DNA of 63,796 nucleotides, filler included, from Olpidium bornovanus S191 (lineage: Eukaryota > Fungi > Olpidiomycota), in assembly GCA_017911155.1 (NCBI GenBank). It is 26 parts of 26 records of this genome, joined end to end, with 100 filler letters (N's around TTAATTAATTAA, not from the genome) between each part and the next. Parts side by side here need not be neighbours in the genome. Positions count along the whole stretch, not along the records: positions 8,617 to 12,876 come from JAEFCI010013035.1; positions 12,977 to 14,530 come from JAEFCI010013250.1; positions 14,631 to 20,963 come from JAEFCI010000078.1; positions 21,064 to 24,110 come from JAEFCI010002158.1; 22 more parts are not named here. One strand, given 5' to 3'. Position 1 is the first letter of the stretch; each line of letters begins with the position of its first letter. Below are positions 11,505 to 22,902 of this stretch, one piece after another. The position numbers were made by a program, and so were the translations under genes. The notes beneath the pieces were generated by a model that had not been told where the DNA came from, did no database searches, and saw only the letters and a list, made by a program, of their open reading frames with translations.

Positions 11505-12611
11505 TCAAACGTGCAGGACGGAGTAGACTTCGGCGTGGAACTCCTTCGCGAGCGACGCGCCCAGCTCCTCGGCCATCCTGGAGAAGATGGCCAGCGACGC
11601 GGCGTGGTCGTCGAGCCACGCGTCGTTGCGGCTGCATACGGCCGACAGGACCTCCTCGCAGAAGCGCGACACGCCCCGGGCCTGGGCGTCGAGGCGCGCG
11701 GGCCCGGCCGGCAGCGGCGAGGGCGAGGGCGAGGGCGAGGGCGAGGGCGAGGGCGAGGGCGAGGGCGAGGAGCGCGGCGACAACGCCGGCGGGCCGCCCG
11801 CGCGCGGCGGCGGCGGCGACGACGGCGAAGGCGGCGGCGAGCAGTAGTACGAGGGCTTCCTCGGGCGCGCGGCGGTCACGTCGGAGTCCGTCGCGAGCTC
11901 GCCCGAGTCTTCCCCGCGCCCGTCGTGGGAGCAGTCGTCGTCATCGTCGTCGTCGCCGCCGCCGCCGTCCGGGCCTTCCGGCCTGCCTCCCGTCCGCCCG
12001 TCTCTGGCGGCGGCGGCGTCGGCGTTCCCGCCGCGCAGCCGCACTCGCTTGCTGGGCGGCTGCTTCGCCCCCGCTCCGAGGCGCTCGCCGACGATCGCGA
12101 GGTAAGCCCTGCGCACCTCCGGGGCCTGGATGCTACGGACGTGCGGGTGTTCCTGGAGGCACCGCTCCCACACCTTTTTCCCGATCGCGGTGCCCTTCTG
12201 GCGGAACGCCCTCTCCAGGGCGAGGCAGCACTCCTTCTTCGACGGCAGCCTCCCGGCGTAGCCCTGGGCCTCCAGGACCATGTAGAGGCGGCCGCAGGCG
12301 GCCGTGCGGTCCATCTCCCTCTTGCAGCACCCGCGGGCGCCCGACTGGGCGGCGAGGGCCTCCACGTACGCCATGTACGTCCTGTGGTTGCCCCAGCGCG
12401 CCTCCTCCTTGAAGAGGTGCCACTGGATCGAGCGGCGGACGAACTCGGCGTGCTGGTGCGTTTCTAGGAGGACGCTCACGACCTGGACGCTCTTCGTCCT
12501 CCGCTCCGTCTCCGACCCGTCCGCGATGCGGAACCACTCCCGGTCCTCGTCGGACAGAGTCCCTGTGACCTGCCGGACGGAATCATCGAAGCTTTCGGGG
12601 AGCGCCGTCAT
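11505..12611 (-). CDS. Hypothetical 368-aa single-exon protein: helical N-terminal domain, acidic and (SP)n low-complexity linker
   Basis: ATG-started ORF with globular-looking composition over aa 1-180 and the last ~45 aa. (GAGGGC)8 at 11719-11766 encodes the SP repeats. Confidence 0.55.
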   Translation of the reverse strand: MTALPESFDDSVRQVTGTLSDEDREWFRIADGSETERRTKSVQVVSVLLETHQHAEFVRRSIQWHLFKEEARWGNHRTYMAYVEALAAQSGARGCCKREMDRTAACGRLYMVLEAQGYAGRLPSKKECCLALERAFRQKGTAIGKKVWERCLQEHPHVRSIQAPEVRRAYLAIVGERLGAGAKQPPSKRVRLRGGNADAAAARDGRTGGRPEGPDGGGGDDDDDDDCSHDGRGEDSGELATDSDVTAARPRKPSYYCSPPPSPSSPPPPRAGGPPALSPRSSPSPSPSPSPSPSPSPSPLPAGPARLDAQARGVSRFCEEVLSAVCSRNDAWLDDHAASLAIFSRMAEELGASLAKEFHAEVYSVLHV

Positions 12612-12830
12612 TCTGCTCTTTTCCGAGCGTTTTGACGGGTTCGGAGCCGAAAGGAGGAGCCCCCCGAGCTTTTTGACGTCCCGTAGCCGAGGGGAAAAGG
12701 GGGGGGGGGGAATTCCAGGGCGCGCAGGGCGACGGAGCTGGGCCCCTGAACTCGGCGCTTATTGGGCCGCGACGTCGGATCCCGCCGAGACCAACCCCTT
12801 GCCCCCTGCGGTGGGACGGACTCCGTCCCG

Positions 12831-12865
<35 letters not shown>

Positions 12866-13188
12866 CGGGGGCGGGGNNNNNNNNNNNNNNNNNNNNNNNN
12901 NNNNNNNNNNNNNNNNNNNNTTAATTAATTAANNNNNNNNNNNNNNNNNNNNNNNNNNNNNNNNNNNNNNNNNNNNCCCCCCCCCTTCCATCCTCGTCGC
13001 CCTCAATTGACCGCAGAATATAAAACAAAAATCCCGTGGATTCCATAGTCCAGCACCTCCGGGTATACTGGGCCAATTCTGCCACGGATCCGCGTTCCAA
13101 ATGCAAAATGTATTTGCGGTATGCATTTCGCTCTAAATACCCCGCAAAAGCCGTAATAAGAATGGCCCCCATTAATATACAAAGACCA

Positions 13189-14530
13189 TCAAATCCGAAA
13201 TAACGCGCCTACAAACGCCCGCGCGAAATTCCAGGAGGGCCAGATTCCGAGCCAGGTGGCGACCAGGGGCGCGTAGTTCGAGCCCTTGACGGGCAGGGAC
13301 GCCGGCCCGACCGCCGTCACCTGGCCCGGAAACCGGCCGTCACGGTAGAACGCATCCATGAGCTCGTCCTTCTCCTCCCACCGCTGCCGCAGCCAACCCG
13401 AGAACTCGTTCTCGTCCATCGGGAGCTCGGACGTTTTCCACCGCCGCACGTGCATATGGATATGCCGCGGGTACTTTTTCCGGAGGTACATGCCCCGGAG
13501 GGTGTATATCTGCGTGGGGTGGTGGGGTAGGGAGGAAACGGCGAAGTGGGAAGAAAAAAAGGACGACAAGAAGAGAAGTCAGCGGAAACTCTGGAAAATA
13601 GAAAGCGCCCGCAGGTAAAAAGCACATGGCAAATGCGGGAACCCAAACACCACGAAAACCTATTGTGTTTGAAATGCCGGCACACCTCATGCGGGAAGGT
13701 GCTGTCCAAGTACATCTCCGGGATGTCAGTCGGCACGGGCTCCAGGCCGTCGTATCCGATCGTGATGTCGTATAGGTAAGGCACCGTTTTCTGCAACTTC
13801 CGGAGGCAGAAAATCAGGCCTGTGATCCTCGGAAGTAAGAGGTGCTGGTGGTCCTTCTGCAAACGAAGAAAGCGCGGACAGACCTCTCGTGCGTTCAGTT
13901 GCGACCTGCTCTCGAACTGCTCCTTTCGCGAGGATAGCAACAAACCCGGAAAGAGCCGCACGTACCACATTCATCTTTTCCGCCCACTCCCTCGACCGGG
14001 TCCGCGTGCTCTGGCTGACGACTGTGCCCTCTGGAAAGATTAGCAGCCACATCGGCTCGTTTTTGGTCTCCTCGCCAGTGACCCGGCCCAACGAGGCATC
14101 AATTTTGCCGCGGTCTTCTTCCCACTTCCGGGACAGAAAAATGAAGTCGAAAAAGTGCATGCCCTGGCCAATCGGGGAGTCATTTTCCAACGGAGAAACG
14201 CAGGATGGCGATTTAAATTACTATTACCGACGGTCCTTTACGACGCGAGGGAATACGCATGAGGCGCAGTTTCACCGCGGTCAGATGTAGGACTCACCCA
14301 GCCGAAAAATGGGACGTATTTGAGAGAATCCTTTAAAATAATTTTCAATGCGCCATGCGCGTTTGCAAAGTACGCGTAGCACCAGATACTGCCGACGATA
14401 TCGCAATGCCATGAAGCAGGAAAGATAATGAAACGCGTTTCAGAAGCCGCGCATATACCGAGCTGTCGTCGGGTCCAACGGATAAGAGTCCCAAAGTTTC
14501 TTTCGGGCGCCGGAGCTGCAGAGGCAGGAA
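13189..14530 (-). CDS. Lysophospholipid acyltransferase (LCLAT1/Cst26-like AGPAT family), multi-exon, 5' truncated
   Basis: IILKDSLKYVPFFGW|GMHFFDFIFLSRKWEED, WLLIFPEGT, HLLLPRITGL, YDITIGY, FSGWLRQRWEEKDELM; GT-AG introns separate these blocks. Confidence 0.9.
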
Positions 14531-14630
14531 NNNNNNNNNNNNNNNNNNNNNNNNNNNNNNNNNNNNNNNNNNNNTTAATTAATTAANNNNNNNNNNNNNN
14601 NNNNNNNNNNNNNNNNNNNNNNNNNNNNNN

Positions 14631-15093
14631 ACATGATTCGAAATTGCTCTCGGCATTGCCAGATCAAGATAGGAGTTGCGGATGAGCAGCCAATCGCTGC
14701 GGAGACAATCAGGTCGTGGCCAAACGTGAGTCTCAGATCACCAAGTTTTACCGCTGAAATTCTACCGACATCCACAAACTACAAGACTATCCTGATAAAG
14801 GCATCGATTCGTACACTCGAACATTGGACAAGATTATTCAGGAGCGCCTGCGCGTTGCGGCGGGCAAGGCGTTTGCCATTATAGATGTTGAAGAGGAGGA
14901 TGTCAGCCAGGAAGCGACTCCTCTCCCGGGTACAGAAGCCGGCAAAATGATTGAGTCGCTTGAGACTTTTCTGGCTTCAACAGGACTAAGGAACTTTAAA
15001 AGTTTTATTGGTTTACGTATTGGTCCGGAGGCAAAACCAGCAAAAAAAAATAACTGAATTTTGAGGTTATTGTTTTAGGCAGGTGTTACTGTA
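14631..15093 (+). mobile_element. Probable 3' end of a degenerate pogo/Tigger (Tc1-mariner superfamily) transposon
   Basis: MIRNCSRHCQI resembles the pogo TIxNCFxH motif. An acidic EEEDV...EAGKMIESLETFL tail resembles the pogo/CENP-B C-terminus. The segment ends ...GTGTTACTG followed by TA (15092-93), i.e. a CAGTA-type TIR with TA target site. Confidence 0.5.
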
Positions 15094-15931
15094 GTAGCGC
15101 CCCTTTCGCCTCGTCAGATGTGGCGTGTTAGAAGGAGGCTGGCACGCCACGGCGCCAAGCGGGCTTTCCGCTTCTGCCGGTTTGGTGAATCTGGGAACTG
15201 GAAATGCCGACGAGGCTCGATGGAGGGGAGGAGGAACGGAGCCTTGTGTTGAATTGCAGAAGGCCTGCCGGAAATTCCGCGCCTTGTCTCAGCGATCGCC
15301 TTGCCGTTGGTCCACAGGGATGAAGCACGCGCCAAACACGGGGACTGCCTTGAGGAGAAGAAGAGATTGACGGTTTCACAATTCAAGTCGCGGCAAAGCC
15401 GAAAGCCGGTTTTTTTTTTTTCTTTTGCAAAATCGCTTTCGGAGCTTAGTCTAAGTCAAACGGCGGTTGCCTTTTTTTAACCACGGCGCCGGCTTGACCT
15501 TATGCTTGCGACTTTCCGTCTGCGACGCCCCGGAGAGGGAGGAAGGAAGCGCTCCGAAGCCAAGGTTATTTGCTCGCAGGCGCATCTTCGTCAAGGCTCC
15601 GCTAGCCGCAACGAAAAGAGGAAGACCCAACAGCCGGATCCGCCCTGCTGCGCTAGCCGGCGCGCTTAACGTAGTCTTCCGCGAGCAGGCAGCCGCCCCG
15701 ACGAACGCTTCCGCCGTTTATGCCTCCGAAGGGCAAGGACCCCCGGGCTTCCCGTGGTTTAAAACCCCCGCTCCCTCCCACCCCACCCACCTCCCACCCC
15801 ACCCACCTCCCACCCCGTCCGCCCCGCTCCGCCGTTTAGTCGGCGCCGCAATCAGCAGGTTTCACCCGTCGACGGGGCGTTTACTTCCCGCAACCCAGCG
15901 TTTTTTCGCGCGCTCGACAAAGGCCAAAAGA

Positions 15932-18277
15932 ATGCAGAAAATTGTGTGTGCCGCGGCCATCCTGGCTGCATTTTCATCCGGGACTACCGCATTTGGCAAG
16001 TTGGGAGAGCTCTTCGGCGCTCCAATGGCCGTCAGCACGGCGCAGTATCCGGCGATCGGCAAATCGCGATTGTACCACGTTCCGGCCCCCGTCGTTGCGG
16101 TAAAAAACGTCAAAAAGGTATGGCTAGGTACCTGGCCTCGGGAACAATAACGACGACCAAAACCAAGAAGCGGGGCGCCATCGATTCTAAACCCTTGGCG
16201 TGCTCTAGGTGGTTACTCTTCCCCCAGAAACCGTCAAGGTTTATCAGACGTTTGTCAAGACAGCAACGCCTGCTCCGCACACTTCTGTGGTTAACGTCAA
16301 ACAGGTGATTTTGTGGACCGGATGCTCCCTCCGTCGCCCATTTACCCCAACCCCCTACCAACCCCCCATTCCCCCCCCCCCCACCACCCAAAAGAAAACA
16401 GTCGACGCTAATTTCCTTAAAAGAAAACAGTCGACGCTAATTTCCTTCTTATTTGCGCAGGTCGTATCTCTGCCCGCCGAAACGGTGAAAATATACGAAA
16501 CGGTCCACTTGACAGAAACGCCGCCTCCGGTTGCGCAAACGATTCAGGTCACAAAGGTACGCTGGCGATATCCTTCTCAGAGGCGGACGCCGCACAGAGC
16601 GATGATTACCAGAAGCCAACATCAACGCCACCCCGCTTCTTGCAGATCGATCGTCTTGCCCCGCAAACCATTAAAATGGAGGAGACAGTGATGGTTACGG
16701 AGACGCCCGAACCTGTTATCGAGAAGGTTCCTGTCACCCAGGTATTTTTTTTGTTGTGCGGCGTGGTTGGGGGGAAAGGGGGGGGGGGGGTCTTTTGTCT
16801 GTTATTCCCCAGCTTCGAGGGTATGATTATCTAGCCCAAAGGTGTTGGTGATACTGAACGCACCCCGCGCAGACCAAGCATTTGCCCGCCGGAAAAAAGC
16901 AGGTGTACGAGACGGTCGTCGTCACGGAGACGCCGCCGCCTAATGTGGAGACTCTGGCCGTCACTCAGGTGCCATCGCGCCCGGGACTTGCGCTTTTTCC
17001 TATGTCGCAAAAATTGGCAGCGCACGCTGACTCGAGCTTGGGTGGCCCGACAGACCGCAGTTCTGCCGCCCGCGACGGAGACCGCTTATCAGACCGTGTT
17101 TGTGACGGAGACGCCTCAGCCTGCGGTTCACACCGTCGCGGTCACATCGGTGGGATAAAACGCAGGCGTTCTGTTTATGCTCCCCGCCGGCCCCAGCGTC
17201 GCCAAAACTTTTCGACGTCACGTTCTAGGTGGTTAAACTTCCAGCCAAGACGCAAGAGGTCACCGAAACGGCGATCGAGACGATCACCCCTCAACCGCAG
17301 GTCAGCGTTTTCACCCTCACTGAGGTAAACTGAGAGCTGTTGTCGATTTCTTTTTCTTATTTGGAAATTTACTTCCCGCGACGCCGCCCGAAAACGCTAA
17401 TTTCGTGACGACGAGCGACGGTGGAACCCGGTAGACCGTGAAACTGCCCGCTGCAACTCAGAACATCGAGTGCGTGTTGTACGTGACTCGCTCAGCGGAG
17501 CTGGTCTACGAGACCAAGATACGTACCGTCGAGTTACCGGCCGCGACAGGAGTCGCCGCGCCGCAAAAAAGCGCGCTTGTCGCCGGCAGTAAGTTTTACG
17601 CGGGTTTCCGGTCGTGTTGAATCGTCAGTTCGGCGGGACGCGCCAGCGGTCCCCCGTCGCGCCACCGCCGCACCCCGCACACCCAACCCGGCATTTGCGA
17701 CGAAATCGCAAACACAGGGAGGGAGGCGTGGTGGCGACGGGAGCAAGTCGCGAGGTATTCCTTTGCTGACGCTCCCGTGTTTTTGCGACCTCGCGGGTGC
17801 AAAGCGGCCGTCGGCGTGACTGCGGCGGCTGCCGAACAAGCGCCACCACCCGTCGGCGCGATGGGGACTTCGGCGGTCGCTGGCGTTGGAAAAGGCGAGG
17901 CGGTCGCCGGAACCGCGGCTCCCGAACAGCCGCCGTCTGCCGGCCCAGCGTTCGCGGTCGCAGGCGGCGGACGCGCCCAGGCGGACGTTGGACCCGCGGA
18001 TCCGGAGCTGGCCCCGGCTGCTGGTACCACGGGAGGAACGACCGCGGTTCTGGCTGGCGGAGAAGGCCAAGCCCAGGTGAGCGTCGGACCCGCCGTTCCC
18101 GAACTGGCGCCGGGTGCTGGTTTGGCGGGAGGAACAACCGCGGTCCCGAGCAGCGGAAAAGGCCAAGCCCAGGCAAGCGGCGGCGGCGACGGCGGCGGAC
18201 AAGCCCAAGCTACCGCCCCACATTTGTCTGTTTTGGCAGGCACTGGCAATCTGCCAGTGGCCCCCAACCGCCAGTAA
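15932..18277 (+). CDS. Secreted Thr/Val/Pro-rich repeat protein; exons 15932-16117, 16209-16304, 16461-16556, 16646-16741, 16873-16968, 17054-17149, 17229-17324, 17435-17588, then ~17810-18277 (last joins uncertain)
   Basis: Signal-peptide-like MQKIVCAAAILAAFSSGTTAFG. Six 96-nt GT-AG-bounded exons each encode a homologous 32-aa unit. Confidence 0.8.
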
Positions 18278-19154
18278 TTTTCAGTCAGACGTTCCACACC
18301 GCCCCGTTACGGCGTTCGTGACGCCCCGTCTTTTCCGGCAAAAGCCGAGCAATTTTGTTTCTTTTTTGCCCTTTTGGTCGGAATACGAAACGACGCGAAA
18401 ACGACGCGACCAGCCGAAGGGTGAAATTCTCATTTTTGACCCGTCCCCGGCGTCACGACGCCGGCATGACAAATCTCCTCGTCCTCATCACCGCAGCACT
18501 TTTCTCCCCACTAAGTGACGTGAACAGGAGATTAATCGGACTGAGAAAACTCACGTTCCGCGTATAACAGTACATGCGGGCTTCGCAAACAGCAGGAAAT
18601 TTTCGGGTTTCTTGCAGTAAGAATCAGAACCCGGGGGAGGAAGGGGCGTTTGCGGCAAGAAAATGACCTCAGAACTTGTTATGGAAACGCGAGGACACGG
18701 AGTATAATCCCCTAAACCCGGTACTCGTAAGGATAAAGTGCTTTCCCTCCCGTCCGCCTCTTCGCCGCTGAAATCGCCGGCGACAGTTGTGTACACAGGG
18801 CAGACAAAACGGGCTGCCGAAAACGACGCGGGACCTTGCGGGTACCGCGGGAAAAGATAACACCTCGCATAAAAAAAAAAAACAGGAAAAATTTCCGAAA
18901 ACGACAAACAATGTCCATTGTCCTGACGTTTGCCGATCGCCGGTTGCCGCATCCCGCCGGCGACCGGCCGTTCCGTCGGTCGCCTCCGGCGGCGGCAAAA
19001 GCAGTATTCCCTGTCGCCTACTGCTGCACGCCCGTCCAAGGTGGCGACGTCCGCAGGCGGCCGCGCGCGCGGAGGATCCGGGAAAGGGCGCGAACGCCGG
19101 CGCTCGGAGATGCGCGATCCTGGCGCACGCTCCGGCCCGACTCCGGCGCCTCAC

Positions 19155-19562
19155 CTCCTCGACGGTGCGGTACTGCTGCTCGTGGCGGATCTGTAAGGCT
19201 GCGAAACGAAGCCGCGCCTGAAGCTTTTCGGTCTCCAGAGGCGGGGTGAAGGGTGACAAGGGGGTTTCAGTTCGAGGCGGGCGTTTTCGGGCCGCGGCCG
19301 TCGGAGACGTGGTACTCCCGCAGATACCGGGCGCGCCAGGGGTCAGAGGGGAGAGGAGACTATAGACCCCTCGTCGCGCGCGCTCGCCCCGTGGTCCGTC
19401 GGGGCCAGGGCGGCCGAAGCCGCGTCTAGGGCGCCGCGGGCGGGAAAAAAGAAGAAACGGCGGCGGCGAATAACGGCGGCTGTGGCGGCGGCGACCTGGG
19501 CACGACGGCGCGGGCTGCTGCTGCTGCCGCTGCGGCGCCAGGCACGCGTCATGCGCCAGCAT
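19155..19562 (-). CDS. Possible Whi5/Nrm1-like G1/S repressor, first exon
   Basis: Cluster of SP/TP sites (LSPLTP, TSPT, ETPLSPFTPP) followed by KLQARLRFAALQIRHEQQYRTVEEV, resembling the Whi5/Nrm1 GTB motif. GTGAG donor at 19154. Confidence 0.4.
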
Positions 19563-19851
19563 CGGAAGGCTGGTCGGCAGTTTCCAGCAGAGAGAAAGCA
19601 GCCTAGAAAGGCGAACGTGGAGCGCGACTACGGCGAACCGCCTCCGCCCACCTCCTCACCGACACCATAACCACGTCCAAATCGCAAGCGAGACACAGCA
19701 GCGCGCCGGACAGAGAAACTCAATAAGGGTTCCCTTTCACAAACGCACTGTTGGCACAAAAAGACCGTTTGCCACCATGGCAACAACGTTCGCGAGGAGA
19801 ATAAAAACGATACTTTTCAAAAACGGACCGTTCCTTATTATTTCCCAGAAA

Positions 19852-19923
19852 CTCTCAAACCAAAAATAGAACCCGGGTCACCCGCGTGACAGGCGAGTAT
19901 AATCCCCACTATACGATCAAAGA
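19852..19923 (-). pseudogene. tRNA-Asp(GUC) pseudogene or tRNA-derived repeat
   Basis: Minus strand TCTTTGATCGTATAGTGGGGATTATACTCGCCTGTCACGCGGGTGACCCGGGTTCTATTTTTGGTTTGAGAG. The GTC anticodon arm is intact; the T-loop is TTCTA, the T-stem has three G-U pairs and the acceptor stem is weakened. Confidence 0.8.
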
Positions 19924-21077
19924 TTTTTGCGTGTGCCTTAACGCCGGCACTTACGAAAAAAATGCTGGTCAAGGGCTGTAGCCGTCGTTGCCTACGGGGG
20001 TGATTCCTCGATAATCTTGTCAAATTCAAAGCGCTGTGCATGCTGCAGGCTGTGACTCTGCCGACTCAAGTTAAAATGTTGTATGGCGTGCTCGAGCGGT
20101 CTTAGTATTTTTAAAACGGCCGGCCCCGTCGCCCGCCGGCGGGGGCGGGAGGAGGAAGGAGAGGAGGGAGGAAAGGTCCTTTGCCGGCGCTGGTCACGCG
20201 CTGCGGTAACGGGCTTTTCCGGCGACCAAAGAATTTCGAAGCAAGATCGCAGGCCGCGCGGAGCGGCGTCCTGCGCGGCGCGCTTCGCAGTTCGTTTCAA
20301 TGCGGCGCGTCGTTCGCCCCTGGCGGAATTCGGGCCGCGTGACCTCACATGCTTCCCCAAGTTCCCCGTCCGCACTTTTGGCGGACCGCAGCGGGAGCCG
20401 TCAAATAGATGCCTCCCGCGTGTGACACCACGACGGTATGGGGACCCGACAAAAGTCTCAGGACCATCGCCGAGAAAGTGTCCGCGCGCGGACGTCCGCG
20501 GTTCCGGGGGCTTGTGGTGGTATGCGTGTGTGTGTGTGGGTGTTAGGGAGGGGGAAGAGAGGGGCGGAAGCCTGACGCACGCGTTTGACAAACACGATGA
20601 GCACGTGAGGTGCAGAGCAAACACCTTGGCAGCTTTGCGGCACGTCTACCTCGAGGCTCTTGTTTGCGAAAGTAAGAAATGAGATCACAAGAGGAAGAGC
20701 GAGACGCGCATATCATACGAAGACCGTTCGTTCCGACTGAGAAACAGATTGTTCGCGGCGTTTTTGAACGGTTCTCGCCCCTTTGGCTCCCATAGTTTTT
20801 TGCAAAAAAAAAAAATTAAATACAAGAAAGAGACCAAAAAAAAGACAAAAAAGGAATTTGCCTGTGAACGCAGACGTTTGCTCTCGCTGTTGCCTCGCTG
20901 CTGCGTCCCGAATCCCTTGGTCAAGTCTTACAAAAAAGGGGTTCGGGGACACGAAAACATGGCNNNNNNNNNNNNNNNNNNNNNNNNNNNNNNNNNNNNN
21001 NNNNNNNTTAATTAATTAANNNNNNNNNNNNNNNNNNNNNNNNNNNNNNNNNNNNNNNNNNNNCCCGCCGGGTTGTT

Positions 21078-21129
<52 letters not shown>

Positions 21130-21314
21130 CTTTTTTTTTGTTTCGTCGCAGGATGTTTCTGCTTTGCGGCGGGGACAAAATTCCTCACAGGGACGCCCGT
21201 TTTGAGAAGATTTTTTTTCTTGTCTCGGTGCCTGTTCCACCCCCCCTTCCCCGCCCAACACCCCCAGAGGGAAAAAAAAAAAAAAAAAAAAAAAAGTAAG
21301 AAAGGGACCCCCCG

Positions 21315-22871
21315 ATGATCAGAGCGCAGGCGGCCGAACCCAACGACGTCGACGACGAGTCCGAGGCCGAGCGCCCCGTCTCGTCGTTCCAGTCCTACGC
21401 CGCCGAGGGGGACATCCTCGCGAAGCAGGGCGTCCACCGGAAGGCGATCGACGCATACACCAAGGTCCGTCCGTCCGGATCCCTCGGCTAGGGCATCGGC
21501 CCAGGCGGACCCCCGCACCCCCCTCCTCGGGCGACCAAATCCCAGAACCTGATGTCTTTTCGCTTCTGCTCTCGCTGCCGCCACGCCGCCGCGAACGCAC
21601 GCGCGCGCGCGCGCGCTCGACACGCACGCACTCCCACATCCAAACCCCCCCTCCCCCACCCCTTGGCGCCTGCGTCGCGCCGAAGGCGCTTTCTCTGCGG
21701 CCGGGGGACAAGACGTGCCTGGTCTCCCGTTCCAAGAGCTACCTCCAGCTGGGCGATGCGCACTCCGCCCTGGCGGACGCGGAGGAGTCGCTGAAGGAAG
21801 ACGCCAGCTTTTTCAAGGGCATGTACCAGAAGGCAGACGCCCTGTACGCGAAGGGAGACTTCGAGATGGCCCTGGTCTACTACCACCGCGGGAACAAGCT
21901 GAGGCCGGAGCTGGACGAGTTCCGCCTGGGCATCCAGAAGGCGCGGGAGGCAATCGACAACAGCATCGGAAGTAGGTTCGCAGCGCGGGGGGCCCCGCCG
22001 CCCGACCGACCCCCCCCGGTTCGTACCCTTTCCCGATGCGCTCCGCGGAAGACTCACTCCCGCGCGCGGGTGGGTCGGGCTTTCCCTTCGGTTCCCGAGA
22101 TCAAAACCACCACCCCGACTCAATTTCGCTTACATCAGGGGAATTTTTTTTTTCCCCCGCCCCGATCCCCGCCGCCTCCGGTCCTTAAGTCGGCATCAAT
22201 AAATTTTTGTCACGCACGCTCGCTCGCTCGAACGCGCGACCGCAATTTTTTGATTTATTTATTTATTTTGCTAATATCCCAGTTCCAACGCGTTTTCCAG
22301 AGCCGCGGGATTACAATCTCCATTCTCCGGGAAGCTGGCCCGCTGGAGGCGCAGAGAGGGGCCAGACCGGCGCGACCGGCGGCGCCCTGGCAGTGAAAGC
22401 GGGCCACGCGCCCGCCCAAGAACGGCGGACGGCGGCTGGCGCGGGCGCCGGCAGGGCCGGAGCGTCGGGCCTGGGCGACCACCGCGGCAGGGTCGCATTT
22501 TTGCCGACGAAGGGGTCGGGCGGAGGCGGCGGCGGAGCGGAAGGGGACGGCGCCGGGGGTCCGCCCGCGGGCGCCGCCGGCGGCGGCGCGGACCGGCGCC
22601 CGGCGTCCGACAAAGCCGTGAAGCAGCTCCTCGGCGAGCTGTACGCCGACAAGGAGTACCTCCAGAAGCTCCGCGACGACCGGGCCTTCCTCAGCAGCCC
22701 CGACGACCGCATCTGCGCCCTCGTGTCGCAGGGCCTCGAGTACCTCGAGGCTCGCACCGAGTTCTGGAGGCAGCAGAAGCCGATGTACGCCCGGAAAAAG
22801 GAGCACAGCAGGATCCAGGCCAGGGCGAAGCACGCCAAAGAGCGGCAGGAGGCCGCGCGGTCGCAAAAGAA

Positions 22872-22902
<31 letters not shown>

